Shown: one piece after another, positions 38,196 through 48,244 of the stretch | Layout of the letters: the number at the start of each line of letters is the position of its first letter | How positions within the stretch are numbered: position 1 is the first letter of the stretch | Source: a virus | DNA length: 64,000 nucleotides | Strand: one strand, 5' to 3' | IMG/VR virus record: IMGVR_UViG_3300020390_000002 | Coordinates: 1 to 64,000 of that record | The notes under the pieces: model-generated | The model's database searches: none | What the model was told of the DNA's origin: nothing | What the model saw: the letters and a program-made list of their open reading frames with translations, nothing else | Program-made: the position numbers and the translations under genes

Positions 38196-38693
38196 TTAGT
38201 AACGCTCGGTCTTGCTCCACAGGCCCCAGGCCAGCAGCTGCCCGGCGCAGGCATCATTGGCGCGCTCGTGCAGTTCGTCGGAGCGGATCGGACGCGGCAG
38301 CGTGAACACGGCGCGCGTCATGTTTTCCCGCATCTCGAGGTTCTTGGCGCTGGCCCGCTCGATGCCCGGCACGGTCTTGTAATACTCGCGTATCTCGGCC
38401 TCGCTCATGCCGCCGTTGATGAAGCCTGCGACCTCTTCGGCGTGCTCGCTGAACACGCGGCAGACGTAGAGATTCTCGGCGCCGGAGAAGTATGGGTGGT
38501 CGTAGTCGGCCAGCAGCGGCTGGGGTGCGTCGGGTGACGGCTGGTCAAAGGCGACGGCTTGAACCGACGGCTGCTCTTTGACATCGCTGGCCGTATCCAC
38601 GGCCTCGCCCTGGGTCACGGCATAGGCGGTCAGCGCGCTGCCGCAGATGATGCCGGCACTCAGCGCGCCAGTGATCAGGATGGTTTTCTTCAT
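38196..38693 (-). CDS. Secreted/periplasmic hypothetical protein
   Basis: Signal-peptide-like N-terminus. Confidence 0.65.
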   Translation of the reverse strand: MKKTILITGALSAGIICGSALTAYAVTQGEAVDTASDVKEQPSVQAVAFDQPSPDAPQPLLADYDHPYFSGAENLYVCRVFSEHAEEVAGFINGGMSEAEIREYYKTVPGIERASAKNLEMRENMTRAVFTLPRPIRSDELHERANDACAGQLLAWGLWSKTERY

Positions 38694-38849
38694 GTGGCCC
38701 CCTATGCTGTGAATGGACGATTTATTAGATAACGTCCGCAGCGGCGCGTCTATATTCGGCAGAGGCCAGGCATAAAAAAGCCGGCCCCATAAGGGCCGGC
38801 AATCACACTACTCAGCACGAGTAGAGAATAGCCGCTGTCAGCGTGCGCT

Positions 38850-39413
38850 TCAAGCGGCCTGGTGGTCCTCAGATTCTTGATTCGGCAGCGCAAAGAACCC
38901 CATGTCGATCCCCCGGAAGAGACACTCCATCATCACCCTGACGTCGTACTCCGCAGCGTGGGCCTGCTCGGTGTCATAGTCGACGCCGAGCGCGAACGCC
39001 AGCTCCATGAGCTTCGGCTTCTTGCCGTCCGGCGTCGCCCACCGCGAGTCCAGGGTGTCGACCACACTCAGGTGCGTCGGCACCGGCTGCTTCACCCGAT
39101 TCAGCTCGGCTGCGAGGAACGGCACGTCGAACGACATGGCGTTATGGGCCACCAGCACATTGCACTTCGCCAGAATCTTGTTGACCTGCTCGGCCATCTG
39201 CTCGAACGTCGGGCAGCCTTCGAGGTCTTCGAGCGCGATGCGATGCACGGCCTGCGCCTTCGGGTCGATGCTGCGCCCCGGATAGATGCGCCGGGTGAAG
39301 TTCAGCAGCTCGCGCCGCGATGGCCAGTGATAGAGGATCAGCGAAATCTCGATGATCCGATGGTCGTTGAAGTCCAGCCCCGTCGTTTCGAGGTCGAATC
39401 CACCCAGGATCAT
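38850..39413 (-). CDS. DEDDh 3'-5' exonuclease (DnaQ/epsilon-like)
   Basis: FDLETTG, AHNAMSFD, HAAEYDV. Confidence 0.92.
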   Translation of the reverse strand: MILGGFDLETTGLDFNDHRIIEISLILYHWPSRRELLNFTRRIYPGRSIDPKAQAVHRIALEDLEGCPTFEQMAEQVNKILAKCNVLVAHNAMSFDVPFLAAELNRVKQPVPTHLSVVDTLDSRWATPDGKKPKLMELAFALGVDYDTEQAHAAEYDVRVMMECLFRGIDMGFFALPNQESEDHQAA

Positions 39414-39850
39414 AGCTTGACCCAGCCGGTGCGGCCGACGATCTCGGCGATGAACTTGCGATAACCTTGCTCCGCTTCGAGATACGGTTGTTCTTCGGCC
39501 GAAAAATCCTTCTGCCGGTGCTCGCCGTCGATCGTGTAGCGGAACACCTCGTCTCCGGGCATCCAGTAGGCCGTGATGTAGTGGCCAGACTTGGAAAAGA
39601 CCTGCATGCCGATGAGCTCTTCGGGCATCCGGCTGGCTGTGTCGGCCGCCTGCTCAAGTATCCGGCGCACCTTGTCCGAACACAGGCCGCTGACGCTCGA
39701 CCATACGACCTGAACGCCACAGACCACCTCTTCGCGCGAAATGCGTCGCAGCTTGTGGTCGGTGAACAGGCGCTTGAGCGTATCAATCGCCTTGCGATCC
39801 AACTCTTCCTCGAAACTCGGGAAGTCCATCGACTCCGCGGTTGCACTCAT
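39410..39850 (-). CDS. Hypothetical protein
   Basis: PSFEEELDRK; ATGA coupled. Confidence 0.7.
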   Translation of the reverse strand: MSATAESMDFPSFEEELDRKAIDTLKRLFTDHKLRRISREEVVCGVQVVWSSVSGLCSDKVRRILEQAADTASRMPEELIGMQVFSKSGHYITAYWMPGDEVFRYTIDGEHRQKDFSAEEQPYLEAEQGYRKFIAEIVGRTGWVKL

Positions 39851-40057
39851 TCGGATTCTTCCTCGTTGGTGCCGGGCCGGTGCCTTTTGAGCGAGCCCAG
39901 GCGATTGATGATGTCGTCGATCACGTCTGAGGTGGTTTCTCGGGTGCCGCCGATACAGATCGAAGCCAGGCGCACGCACCCATCCATTAGGATTTGATGC
40001 GCCTGGCTGGGAGACGGCCCTCTCATTCGGATTCTTCCTCGTTGGTGCCGGGCCGGT
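39846..40057. repeat. 36-bp direct repeats flanking a 59-aa ORF (39847-40026)
   Basis: CTCATTCGGATTCTTCCTCGTTGGTGCCGGGCCGGT at 39846-39881 and 40022-40057. Confidence 0.9.
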
Positions 40058-40304
40058 AACTCGGCCCGATTTGGGTTGCGATACGGGCGATCGTGTCGTC
40101 GACCAACAGGCGAACGTCAGCCGGGATGCCGGCATCGTTCATCGCCGCGAGACGCGCAAACGCCTCGGAGAGAATGTCGCGATGCTTTTCCAGGCGCTCG
40201 ATCTCGCGCTCGGCGCGCATCATGTCGGCGATGACGTTCTCGAGGGTGCGCTTGGCACCCTCGACCTCACGTCGCGAGAGCTGCTGCTTGCGGATCGTAT
40301 TCAT
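40023..40304 (-). CDS. Hypothetical coiled-coil protein
   Basis: ATGA coupled. Confidence 0.65.
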   Translation of the reverse strand: MNTIRKQQLSRREVEGAKRTLENVIADMMRAEREIERLEKHRDILSEAFARLAAMNDAGIPADVRLLVDDTIARIATQIGPSYRPGTNEEESE

Positions 40305-40885
40305 GCGGCCTTGTTGGTGATGCCGAGCATCGCGTTGATGTCGATCACCTTCATCGGCAGATTGACCGTCGGCGGGGCGTCCTCCGGCGGCATGAAGCGC
40401 TCTGCTTCCGGCCACAGGGCCAGGAGCTGGCTCGTCGTCTTGACGGCGTGAAGCAGGTCGTAGAGCCCGCGATCGATCTGTTCGATCTGCTTTTTGCATT
40501 CAACCAACCGTCCGACAGCCTTCGAATAGGCTTCGAATGCCCGCTGCTGCTTGGCGGTTTTCAGGGTCTCGCCGTCACCGCCCTCGGACCTCAGCCAGGC
40601 GGCGGGAAGACGCAGCCGCTTGCCGTCCATCCTGACGTAGGTGCCCTCACGGTCGCTGCTGGTGAGAAAGACGCGGAAGCCGTCGTGGCTCACGAAGAAA
40701 TCCTCGGGCACCGATCTGAAGGCGTCCAGCCGGTCGTCAAGCAAGATGTCGCGAAGGGCGATTACCGCCTTGTTCACGTCGCGGCCGGCTTTCTCCCGCT
40801 CTTTCGTGGCGGGCGCATCCTGCAGCGCCGCGCGCTTGATGGAACTGCGCAGGTTATCGCTGAGATTCTTGGATTTACGGGCCAT
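40301..40885 (-). CDS. Nmad5-like (nucleotide modification-associated domain 5) protein
   Basis: C-terminal VKTTSQLLALWPEA..FMP...NLP.....INAMLG. Confidence 0.7.
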   Translation of the reverse strand: MARKSKNLSDNLRSSIKRAALQDAPATKEREKAGRDVNKAVIALRDILLDDRLDAFRSVPEDFFVSHDGFRVFLTSSDREGTYVRMDGKRLRLPAAWLRSEGGDGETLKTAKQQRAFEAYSKAVGRLVECKKQIEQIDRGLYDLLHAVKTTSQLLALWPEAERFMPPEDAPPTVNLPMKVIDINAMLGITNKAA

Positions 40886-40958
40886 ATTTTTCTCCTTTGT
40901 GCTGTGTAGTAGACTGATTTTGTTGGATTAGAAGCGGCTGATCACGCTTAGGTGACGG

Positions 40959-41564
40959 TCAGTGCGTCCCTGCCACCTTCGCCAGCTCCATGTCGTCCTG
41001 CTGCAGGCTGTGCCGCATGGTGTCGAGCATTTCGACCCGCTGATCGAGCGCCGTTACCGACGGCCGGCAGAGCATCGCTCGGCATCTATTCAGATCGAAT
41101 GCGACGCCACGCACGATAGCGTTGAACTGCGCCATGTAGGCCGTGTTGGGCTCGGCCTTGCCCTCTTCGGCAGCGATCGGTATGCCCGGCTGCAGGATCA
41201 AGACGCCGCCGAAATAACGGTCGGTCAGGTTCAGACAGGCGGTGACGTATTTCGACACGATCACTTCCATGACGCCGGACGTGCAGTTGCGGGCGTCCGC
41301 GAGCGTGTACGCGATCAGGTCGAGCGGCGTGCGGTCGCTGATGAACACGCCGCCGGCCTCTTTGAACAGCTCAGTGAAGTGCGCCAGCAACGCCTGTTGC
41401 AGCAACATTCGAGATGCGAACGGGATCGGCCGATCGACAGGAATCCCCATGACTTGCGCGATGGCGCCGACATTGGTTTCGATGAACGGGATGTCTGCCA
41501 GCTCCGCGTAAGCCCTGGCGAGTGTGGTTTTGCCCGTGCGGTGGGCGCCGGTGAGTCCGAGCAT
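40959..41564 (-). CDS. P-loop nucleotide kinase-like protein (AAA_28)
   Basis: GLTGAHRTGKTT, SDRTPLD. Confidence 0.8.
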   Translation of the reverse strand: MLGLTGAHRTGKTTLARAYAELADIPFIETNVGAIAQVMGIPVDRPIPFASRMLLQQALLAHFTELFKEAGGVFISDRTPLDLIAYTLADARNCTSGVMEVIVSKYVTACLNLTDRYFGGVLILQPGIPIAAEEGKAEPNTAYMAQFNAIVRGVAFDLNRCRAMLCRPSVTALDQRVEMLDTMRHSLQQDDMELAKVAGTH

Positions 41565-41654
41565 GTATTCCCTCCTTGAGGTCAGCGCTGAACCCCTATT
41601 GACTCAGCGCTGACTTATCATTTTAGACGAAAGCAAACGGTTTGCAAGCCCTGG

Positions 41655-42050
41655 CTAGTAGCTGCCGCTGGCACCACCACCGCCGAAGTCGCCACCGCCG
41701 CCGGAGAAGCTGCTGCCGCCCGCATCGTGGCCGCCCCAGCCGAAGCCATCGCCACCCATGCCGAAGCCCATGCCGGCCCCGTACAGGCTGGCTGAGCGCA
41801 TCTCCTCGTCTTCATCGTCGAGCCGCCGGCGGCGCGCTCGTTCGGCCTCGCGGTGCCGGCGCTCCGATTCCTCGACGATGCGCCGCGCCGTCCAGCCATC
41901 GGTGATGCTGTCCTCGTCGTCGGCTTCGTCCAGCTCCGGGGTGTCGGTATAGCGCGCGTGAACTTCGTCCAGGCGGTCGTCCATGAAGGCCGCCAGCCGC
42001 TCTTCCCGACGCCGCGCGTAGAGTGCTTTGATCCGGGCGATTATGCCCAT
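41655..42050 (-). CDS. Hypothetical protein with Gly-rich tail
   Basis: FSGGGGDFGGGGASGSY. Confidence 0.7.
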   Translation of the reverse strand: MGIIARIKALYARRREERLAAFMDDRLDEVHARYTDTPELDEADDEDSITDGWTARRIVEESERRHREAERARRRRLDDEDEEMRSASLYGAGMGFGMGGDGFGWGGHDAGGSSFSGGGGDFGGGGASGSY

Positions 42051-42082
42051 AGTTATCTCCTTTTGAGTCAGTGGTGAATTAT

Positions 42083-42490
42083 CTATGCGGTCGCGTGGGA
42101 GCCGCCCGTGTGGACGGCATCACAGCCGGAGCCGCCCGTGTGGGCGGGGATGTAGCCGAAGTCCTGGCGCTGACGCACTACGCGCAGGGGCTCATTGCCC
42201 GAGTCGAGGCGGGTGCAGATCGTCAGCTCCGCTTTCGGCAGATTCCACCGCGCGACCTCGTTGCCGGCGTGGAAGAACAGGCCGAACATGCCGTTGTTGC
42301 GATCGGTGACGACCATCGACTGATCGAACCGCACGCCGAGCGCCTCGAGCGCGAGCTGGCCGAAGTTGATGCCTTCGATCGTGACGCCGCCGCAGACACT
42401 GCGCCGCAGGCCACGTGCGCCGTGCTTGTTGCGCAGGTCATCCATGCGATGACCGACCTGGGCCAGAATTACGTCTTGCTTGGTTTCCAT
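42083..42490 (-). CDS. Hypothetical protein
   Basis: TGATG coupled to thyA. Confidence 0.5.
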   Translation of the reverse strand: METKQDVILAQVGHRMDDLRNKHGARGLRRSVCGGVTIEGINFGQLALEALGVRFDQSMVVTDRNNGMFGLFFHAGNEVARWNLPKAELTICTRLDSGNEPLRVVRQRQDFGYIPAHTGGSGCDAVHTGGSHATA

Positions 42491-43977
42491 CAGATTGCTA
42501 CCTCCGCAGAGATTTTCGGGTGTGAGTTGTAGCCCTGGAGATCGAAGTCGTCGTAGACGAACTCGTCGATGGTGGCGCGCGGTGCGATCACCATTCGGGG
42601 CGGCAGCCGGGGCTCACGGCTGAGCTGTTCTTGCACCTGCTCGAGGTGATTCGAATAGATATGGGCGTCGCCGATGGTGTGGACGAAGGTCTGCGGCACG
42701 TGGCCGGTCACCCGCGCGACCATCATGGTCAGCAGCGCATACGAGGCGATGTTGAACGGCACGCCCAGGAACAGGTCGGCGCTGCGCTGATAGAGCTGGC
42801 AAGAGAGTCCGCGGCGCGGGATGTTGGCGCGGTCCATCGCGTCATGCCCGCCCCAGCCGCCCTTCGGCTCGCCCCACTGCTGGCGATACAGCTCGCAGCG
42901 GTGACCCAGGGTCAGCGGCTGGGAGTAGAACTGGAACAGCAGATGGCACGGCGGCAGCGCCATCAGCTCCACTTGCCCCGGATTCCATGCGGAAACGATA
43001 TGCCGGCGACCATCGGGGTTAGTCTTGAGACCCTCGATCACGTTGGCGAGCTGATCCACCCCATCATTGAGGTTTTCTACGGATACCAGCTCGAACCCGT
43101 ATCGTTTTTTACCGAGCTTCGGGTCGACCCAGAGATCTGACAGGTTTCGACCATCAACGGCACGGCCGTCTGCATTCATGCGCTCGCAGAAAGCCGCTAT
43201 GTTGGTGAACTGATACGACCTGTTTTCATCCTTGATCGTGTAGAGCTTGTTCGCGCCAAAGCCCGCGTTCGCTTCGTCGGTCACCCAAACACAATGTTCA
43301 GGGGCATAGACGAAGCCGTTACCCGCGGAGTCCTTATCGAGAACGTATCGTCGATCAGACTTTACCTTGTCCGAGTATCCCGGCAGCCGCTCGGCGTCCG
43401 CCGCGAATGCGGCGAACTCCAACCAGCGGTTGCAAACCGAAACGCCGCGCGCGCCATATCTCGCGTAGCTAGGCGAGTGAATGTCATAGCAGCGCGCGAC
43501 CATCCCTTCCCATGTTTTACCCAGAGCGTGCTTGGACTTGCCGGCGCCATTAGCTACGCCGAGATAGGTAGCGGCAACACCCTCCCGCAGTTTGGGCGTC
43601 GGCTGCGGCACACTTTCCGGCCGCTTGCCGTAGCGTCGCCAGGACCAGCCGTACACCGGCCCCAGATCCCCGTTCTCGTCGGCCCACTCGTCCCATATCC
43701 GCACGCCGTTTTCTTTCAGGTAGCGGATATTGGTGTCGCCGCGGATGAACCACAGCAGCTCATGGATCACCGACTTCAGGTGAACCTTCTTGGTGGTCAG
43801 CAGCGGGAAGCCGCGCGCCAGGTTGAAGCGCATCTGGGCGCCGAAGTAGCTGATCGTGCCGGTGCCGGTGCGATCGTCCTTCTCGACGCCATGCAGCAAC
43901 ACCCGGGTGAGCAGGTTCAGATATTCCGCCTCGTTGGCTACGCTGGCGGCGAACAGTGCGTTGTGGGGGCTACTCAT
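42490..43977 (-). CDS. thyA: Thymidylate synthase with in-frame HNH-type insertion
   Basis: [59 protein letters not shown]. Confidence 0.95.
   Translation of the reverse strand: MSSPHNALFAASVANEAEYLNLLTRVLLHGVEKDDRTGTGTISYFGAQMRFNLARGFPLLTTKKVHLKSVIHELLWFIRGDTNIRYLKENGVRIWDEWADENGDLGPVYGWSWRRYGKRPESVPQPTPKLREGVAATYLGVANGAGKSKHALGKTWEGMVARCYDIHSPSYARYGARGVSVCNRWLEFAAFAADAERLPGYSDKVKSDRRYVLDKDSAGNGFVYAPEHCVWVTDEANAGFGANKLYTIKDENRSYQFTNIAAFCERMNADGRAVDGRNLSDLWVDPKLGKKRYGFELVSVENLNDGVDQLANVIEGLKTNPDGRRHIVSAWNPGQVELMALPPCHLLFQFYSQPLTLGHRCELYRQQWGEPKGGWGGHDAMDRANIPRRGLSCQLYQRSADLFLGVPFNIASYALLTMMVARVTGHVPQTFVHTIGDAHIYSNHLEQVQEQLSREPRLPPRMVIAPRATIDEFVYDDFDLQGYNSHPKISAEVAI
43063..43629 (-). mobile_element. 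HNH homing-endonuclease-like domain inside thyA
   Basis: W..M..RC......Y..YG.RGV.VC.RW..F..F..D and LDKD...Y.PEHCVW; lower-GC codons. Confidence 0.8.
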
Positions 43978-44338
43978 CGGCGCCGCGCTCCTTCATGGCT
44001 TGCGCCAGGTAGAGGTCGAAATCCCTGGTCTTTGCGCTAGCCGAATGCTCCATGACATCGGCGTAGTCGCTTTCCAAGTCGGGATGGATCACGTGGACCA
44101 GCTCTTTCGGGTCCGTGCCGTCGGTGTCGTAGTCGAGGATCGTGACCTGCACCGGCAGGTTCGATTCGATGCCCTGCGCGACGCCGCCGCGAACGTGAAT
44201 GATCACGTGGGCTTCGGGGTCGGCGCAGCGACAGCGCATGACGCTTTTCGGGATACTGCCGAAATACGGCGGCGCGGGCGGCGGAGCTGGGCGTTGGGCG
44301 CCCTCCGGCGGGTTGGGATTGGAGCCTTTCTTACTCAT
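43970..44338 (-). CDS. Hypothetical protein
   Basis: AGGAG RBS; promoter 44367-44403. Confidence 0.65.
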   Translation of the reverse strand: MSKKGSNPNPPEGAQRPAPPPAPPYFGSIPKSVMRCRCADPEAHVIIHVRGGVAQGIESNLPVQVTILDYDTDGTDPKELVHVIHPDLESDYADVMEHSASAKTRDFDLYLAQAMKERGADE

Positions 44339-44420
44339 TTCGTCTCCTGCGTGTTGCGTTGGAGTTATTGTTGAATCGGGCAGACGGGCACGCACGCATC
44401 GGCGCACGTGCCCCTTGCTG

Positions 44421-44810
44421 TTAGCCGCTGATGCTCGTTTCCAGATCGATATTCGGGATGATCGATTGAGGCTTGAAGATCACGCGGTAGTGGAAGGTGC
44501 TGGCCTTCGTAGAATCGAGCTGCTCCGAGAAGTAGGTCACGTTGTCGCTCAGCCCCAGGTGATGCTTCTTGAGTTCGCCGTTTTCCGTCATGCAGAGCAC
44601 GCGCAAAACGCTGGAGCCGATGTCGATCGAGCAGCGCCCCTCGATTACCAGCATGTATTTGTCGGTGATGCCGTTGTAGAAGACGATCCGGCGGTTCAGC
44701 TCGAACTCGTCGCCGGCCTTGGACAGGTTTCGGGATGCAACGGTGGCAGCCGTATCGCAGCCGGCCAGGAGCGGCAGAGCCAGGCAGGCCGCAATGATGA
44801 GTTTTTTCAT
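44421..44810 (-). CDS. Phage lipoprotein
   Basis: LLAGC lipobox; RRIVFYNGITD. Confidence 0.8.
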   Translation of the reverse strand: MKKLIIAACLALPLLAGCDTAATVASRNLSKAGDEFELNRRIVFYNGITDKYMLVIEGRCSIDIGSSVLRVLCMTENGELKKHHLGLSDNVTYFSEQLDSTKASTFHYRVIFKPQSIIPNIDLETSISG

Positions 44811-44820
44811 GGGCACCCCC

Positions 44821-45339
44821 CTATGCCGCGGACGCGGCTGCGTTTTTGGCAGCCTCGATCGCCATGTCCGAGAAGTCGGCTTCGGCGTAGTCCGGCCCCT
44901 TCACCCACTTGTGGTTGTCGCGGCGCTTGCAGATCGCCTTGCCGGGGATCGGGGTCGGCTCGAAGTAGACCTCGTCCACCGTGAGCTCGTGGGTGGCCAG
45001 ATGGTCGACGATCTGCTCGTCGGTCATGCCGCCCGGCCAGAGCTTGCTGAGATTCGCCTCGTGAATGCGGGCGGTCACGATCTTGCCGTTGACGCCGGCC
45101 TCGACGAACGTGCCGTCGACGAAATACTTGATGTCGCCCAGCGCATCGACGAACTGGGCGAAGTCGCCGGCCTCGATAGCCTGAAACAGCTCCACCAATT
45201 CCGACTTGATGTAGTCGGCGCGCTGGGTCATGCGAAGCTCGGTCATGAGCGTCGGGCGGTTGGCGATCGGGTGCCCGGCGATCTCGTGCATTTCACGCAC
45301 CATCGTCTGCGATCCCACCAGGGTGTAGTCCTTGGACAT
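44821..45339 (-). CDS. MazG/PRA-PH-like NTP pyrophosphohydrolase
   Basis: SELVEL, DALGDIKYF, HEANLSK, KWVKGPDY. Confidence 0.8.
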   Translation of the reverse strand: MSKDYTLVGSQTMVREMHEIAGHPIANRPTLMTELRMTQRADYIKSELVELFQAIEAGDFAQFVDALGDIKYFVDGTFVEAGVNGKIVTARIHEANLSKLWPGGMTDEQIVDHLATHELTVDEVYFEPTPIPGKAICKRRDNHKWVKGPDYAEADFSDMAIEAAKNAAASAA

Positions 45340-45404
45340 CGGTTCTCCTTGCGTTGACGGGCGCGGCCGTATGCCGCGCCCTGTGTGGTTGGTCCTGTGG
45401 CCGG

Positions 45405-46415
45405 TTAGACGTGACAATCGATCGCGGTCAGGATCGTGTCGTCGTCCAGAGCGTCGAGCACGGCCCATGCCTTGTCGTGCCATTCATCGGCGCCCTGTTC
45501 GTTGCTCACGCAGCCGAACCAGCCCATTTCGCCCTGCTCCATCCACTCGCCGTCGACCAGCAGGGCGAAGGGAGTGATGGCCTTCTTGCGGGCGCGCTCG
45601 ATGAAGGCGTCGCGATCGCCTGCGCAGAAGTGCTTGCGCAAAGACCCGGCGACCCAGATCAGGTCCTGGTCCAGTTCTTTCAGGGCTATGATCGCCGGGT
45701 GCTTGTTGTGCTCGTCCCGTGCGGTATCGATGTCGCCGCCGGTCTCGTTGTGCCGATCGCGGATTTCGTCCCAGCAGGGCAGCTGGCTGAGGTCGGTGAT
45801 GGCGGCGGCGCGATCGAACTCAGCGGCAGCCTTTTCGCCGGCTTTGGTCATCATCGCCTCGAAGTCGATGTCACCCTTGCGCAGGCTGTCGGCGCGGCCT
45901 TCCTCGGCCGGCTCGGTCATAAGTCCGGGGCGGCCGATCTTGCCGCTCTGCACGCCGGGCTTGGTCTTGAAGTAGCCGGTCCAGCGACCGCCGACGAGAT
46001 ACCAATCCCACTTTGCGTTCGGATTCTCGAAGTAGCCGAAGCGGGGTTCGTCGTAGCCATCGATCTGACGAGGGTCGAAACCGTGATACTCATGGGCGAA
46101 CTCTTCGAGCGAGCCGTAGATTTCCTTGTTCGGCTTCTCGATCTCGGTCGCGCCTTCGGGCAGGACCAGCTCGCGACGTGCGAAGAGCGTATCGTCGACC
46201 GGCTTGTAGACCTCGTCGCTGTAGCGCGGGATCTCGCGGCCGTCGGGCATGCGCACCATTGACCGGGTGCCGTTCTCGTAACCATCGACGACATCATCGG
46301 TCTCATCGTGGAACTTCAGGTATTCCGCAGGGCAGTCACCCATGTTGTTTTCCTGAAACGGCGCGAGCGCGGCGTCCACGTCTTCTCCGGCCACGATTAC
46401 TACGAAATGACTCAT
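45405..46415 (-). CDS. Hypothetical phage protein
   Basis: MSHF.V.V, NPNAKWDWY..GGRW, GEMGWFG, DCHV. Confidence 0.8.
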   Translation of the reverse strand: MSHFVVIVAGEDVDAALAPFQENNMGDCPAEYLKFHDETDDVVDGYENGTRSMVRMPDGREIPRYSDEVYKPVDDTLFARRELVLPEGATEIEKPNKEIYGSLEEFAHEYHGFDPRQIDGYDEPRFGYFENPNAKWDWYLVGGRWTGYFKTKPGVQSGKIGRPGLMTEPAEEGRADSLRKGDIDFEAMMTKAGEKAAAEFDRAAAITDLSQLPCWDEIRDRHNETGGDIDTARDEHNKHPAIIALKELDQDLIWVAGSLRKHFCAGDRDAFIERARKKAITPFALLVDGEWMEQGEMGWFGCVSNEQGADEWHDKAWAVLDALDDDTILTAIDCHV

Positions 46416-46575
46416 AGGCTGTTCTCCTTGTTATGTCAGTGCTGAGTTATCTTTGGGAGCGCGGCTTTGCGCTCGTTTCGTTTCAGAGCGCTTATGATGC
46501 GCAAAAAAATGCGAGTTGTAAATCAGTGGTGACTTACAACCCGCATAGTATTTTCCTATCGTCGGACGACGGTCG

Positions 46576-47586
46576 CTACCAATCGAGCGCGCCGCTCAGG
46601 TAGCCGGTGACCTTCCCTTCGAAGAAATTCTCCGACGTGCCGTCGACGCGGCTGTAGTCGTCAAACCAGGCCACCGGGCTCCGCGTGCCGTAGAGTGTGC
46701 CCAGGCCGATCGAATTGGCGCGCAGGTCGGCCAGATTCTCGACATGGGCACGGCAGACGCGGTCATTCATGCCGGGCACGCCGCCCTGCACGAAGTAGGC
46801 GCCCCACTCGGCTTCCATATCGACGGCATTGCGCAGGATCTGGCGCGCGTCCTCCAGCAGCTCGGCCGTGAACAGCTCCGGGCGCTCGCGCTGGATCGCA
46901 TACCAGATGTTCACGAACAGCTCGAGGTGGGTCACCTCGTCGCGCTGGATGAACTTCACCATCTTGGCGCTGCCCTGCATCTTGCCCATGCGAGCCAGGG
47001 TGTAGAACAGCAGGAAGCCGTTGTAGAAGTAGATGCCTTCCAGCGCGATGTTGGCCACGACCGCGCGCACGAAGTTCGCCGCGGAGTAGTCCTCGCCCAG
47101 GATGCGCGACTGCTTGAGGATCGCCGCGTTCTTGGCAGCCAGCATGCCGTCGCGCTCGAACATGAAATAGACCTCGGTGGGCTCGAAACCCATCGACTCG
47201 ATCATGTGCGCGTAGGACTCGACGTGCATCGCCTCTTCCCACGCCTGGCGCACGAGGCACTGATTGATCTCCGGCGACGTGATGTGCTGGTTGATGTTGT
47301 TCGTGAGGTTGTTGAGCTGGATGCCGTCGAGGTTGCTCAGCGCGGCCAGGACGCACTTGTAGGCGCGCTGCTCACCTTCGGACAGGTCGCCGTTGATCCA
47401 TTGCTTCTGATCTTCGCCGAGCGGCGCTTCTTCCTCGGTCCAGTGGTTGTTGCGCATCTTCTTGAGCATGTCGCGGGCGAACTGATGGCGCACCGGACGC
47501 ACGCACATGAGCTCAGACCGTTCGCCCTCAATCACGCGCCGCGCGTTGATCACTTCGGCCGGCGTTGGGATTCTTCCTTCTGTCAT
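46576..47586 (-). CDS. nrdB: Ribonucleotide reductase class Ia beta subunit
   Basis: EEAMHVESY, LEGIYFYNGF, RDEVTH, NFFE. Confidence 0.95.
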   Translation of the reverse strand: MTEGRIPTPAEVINARRVIEGERSELMCVRPVRHQFARDMLKKMRNNHWTEEEAPLGEDQKQWINGDLSEGEQRAYKCVLAALSNLDGIQLNNLTNNINQHITSPEINQCLVRQAWEEAMHVESYAHMIESMGFEPTEVYFMFERDGMLAAKNAAILKQSRILGEDYSAANFVRAVVANIALEGIYFYNGFLLFYTLARMGKMQGSAKMVKFIQRDEVTHLELFVNIWYAIQRERPELFTAELLEDARQILRNAVDMEAEWGAYFVQGGVPGMNDRVCRAHVENLADLRANSIGLGTLYGTRSPVAWFDDYSRVDGTSENFFEGKVTGYLSGALDW

Positions 47587-48242
47587 TGATTGAACCTTCC
47601 TTTGTTGGTTAGATGTTTATGCAGGGGCTCCGTGACTGCCCTCTCTTCGGTCCAGCCCTTCTTGAGCCGACTACGGATTGTTTCCGGCTTAACGCCCAGG
47701 CGCTCAGCCCATTGATTGATCGAAAGGGATAGGTCTCCACAGGCGATCAGGGCCGGGATTCTCCCGTTGCGACGTCGATTGTTCGCCTGCTCCTTGTATG
47801 TCGCCCATCGACAGTTTCCGGGTTCGTAATTGCCCTCGTTATTGGATCGCTCGATCGTTAGTCCGGGTGGCCTTTCGCCCATGTCGGCTAGAAAGTTTTC
47901 GAACGAGTGCCACCGCTCGCACACTCGAATCCCACGCCCTCCATAGCGGCAAAAACTCTTGTTCTTCGGGTTCCGACAGCGTTCGAGCATCCCGAACCAG
48001 ATCGTGTACGTGGAAGTGCCGTAGTAGCCGTGCTTCGTTGCCTTCTCCCTCGAGACGTCGCCGCGCAGGCAGCCGCACGATTGAGTCTCTCCGGATCGCA
48101 GCCTTTTACCCTCGACCTTTGCGGTCGAGCCGCAATCACAGCGACACAGCCAAAGCGCCTTACCGTCGCTCGTGCTGCCGGAGCGTTCGGCCACCAAGAG
48201 GCGGCCGAAGCGCTCGCCAGTAATATCTATCGTGCGGGACAG
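47583..48242 (-). CDS. Free-standing HNH homing endonuclease
   Basis: DITGERFGRLLV...WLCRCDCG...SCGC...YGGRGIRVCERW...ER.NN.GNYEPGNCRWAT; probable CTG start at 48242. Confidence 0.88.
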   Translation of the reverse strand: MSRTIDITGERFGRLLVAERSGSTSDGKALWLCRCDCGSTAKVEGKRLRSGETQSCGCLRGDVSREKATKHGYYGTSTYTIWFGMLERCRNPKNKSFCRYGGRGIRVCERWHSFENFLADMGERPPGLTIERSNNEGNYEPGNCRWATYKEQANNRRRNGRIPALIACGDLSLSINQWAERLGVKPETIRSRLKKGWTEERAVTEPLHKHLTNKGRFNQ

Positions 48243-48244
48243 GG

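Noticed and set aside
43063-43629. Canonical intein in ThyA
   Set aside because: No block A nucleophile or terminal His-Asn at the junctions.
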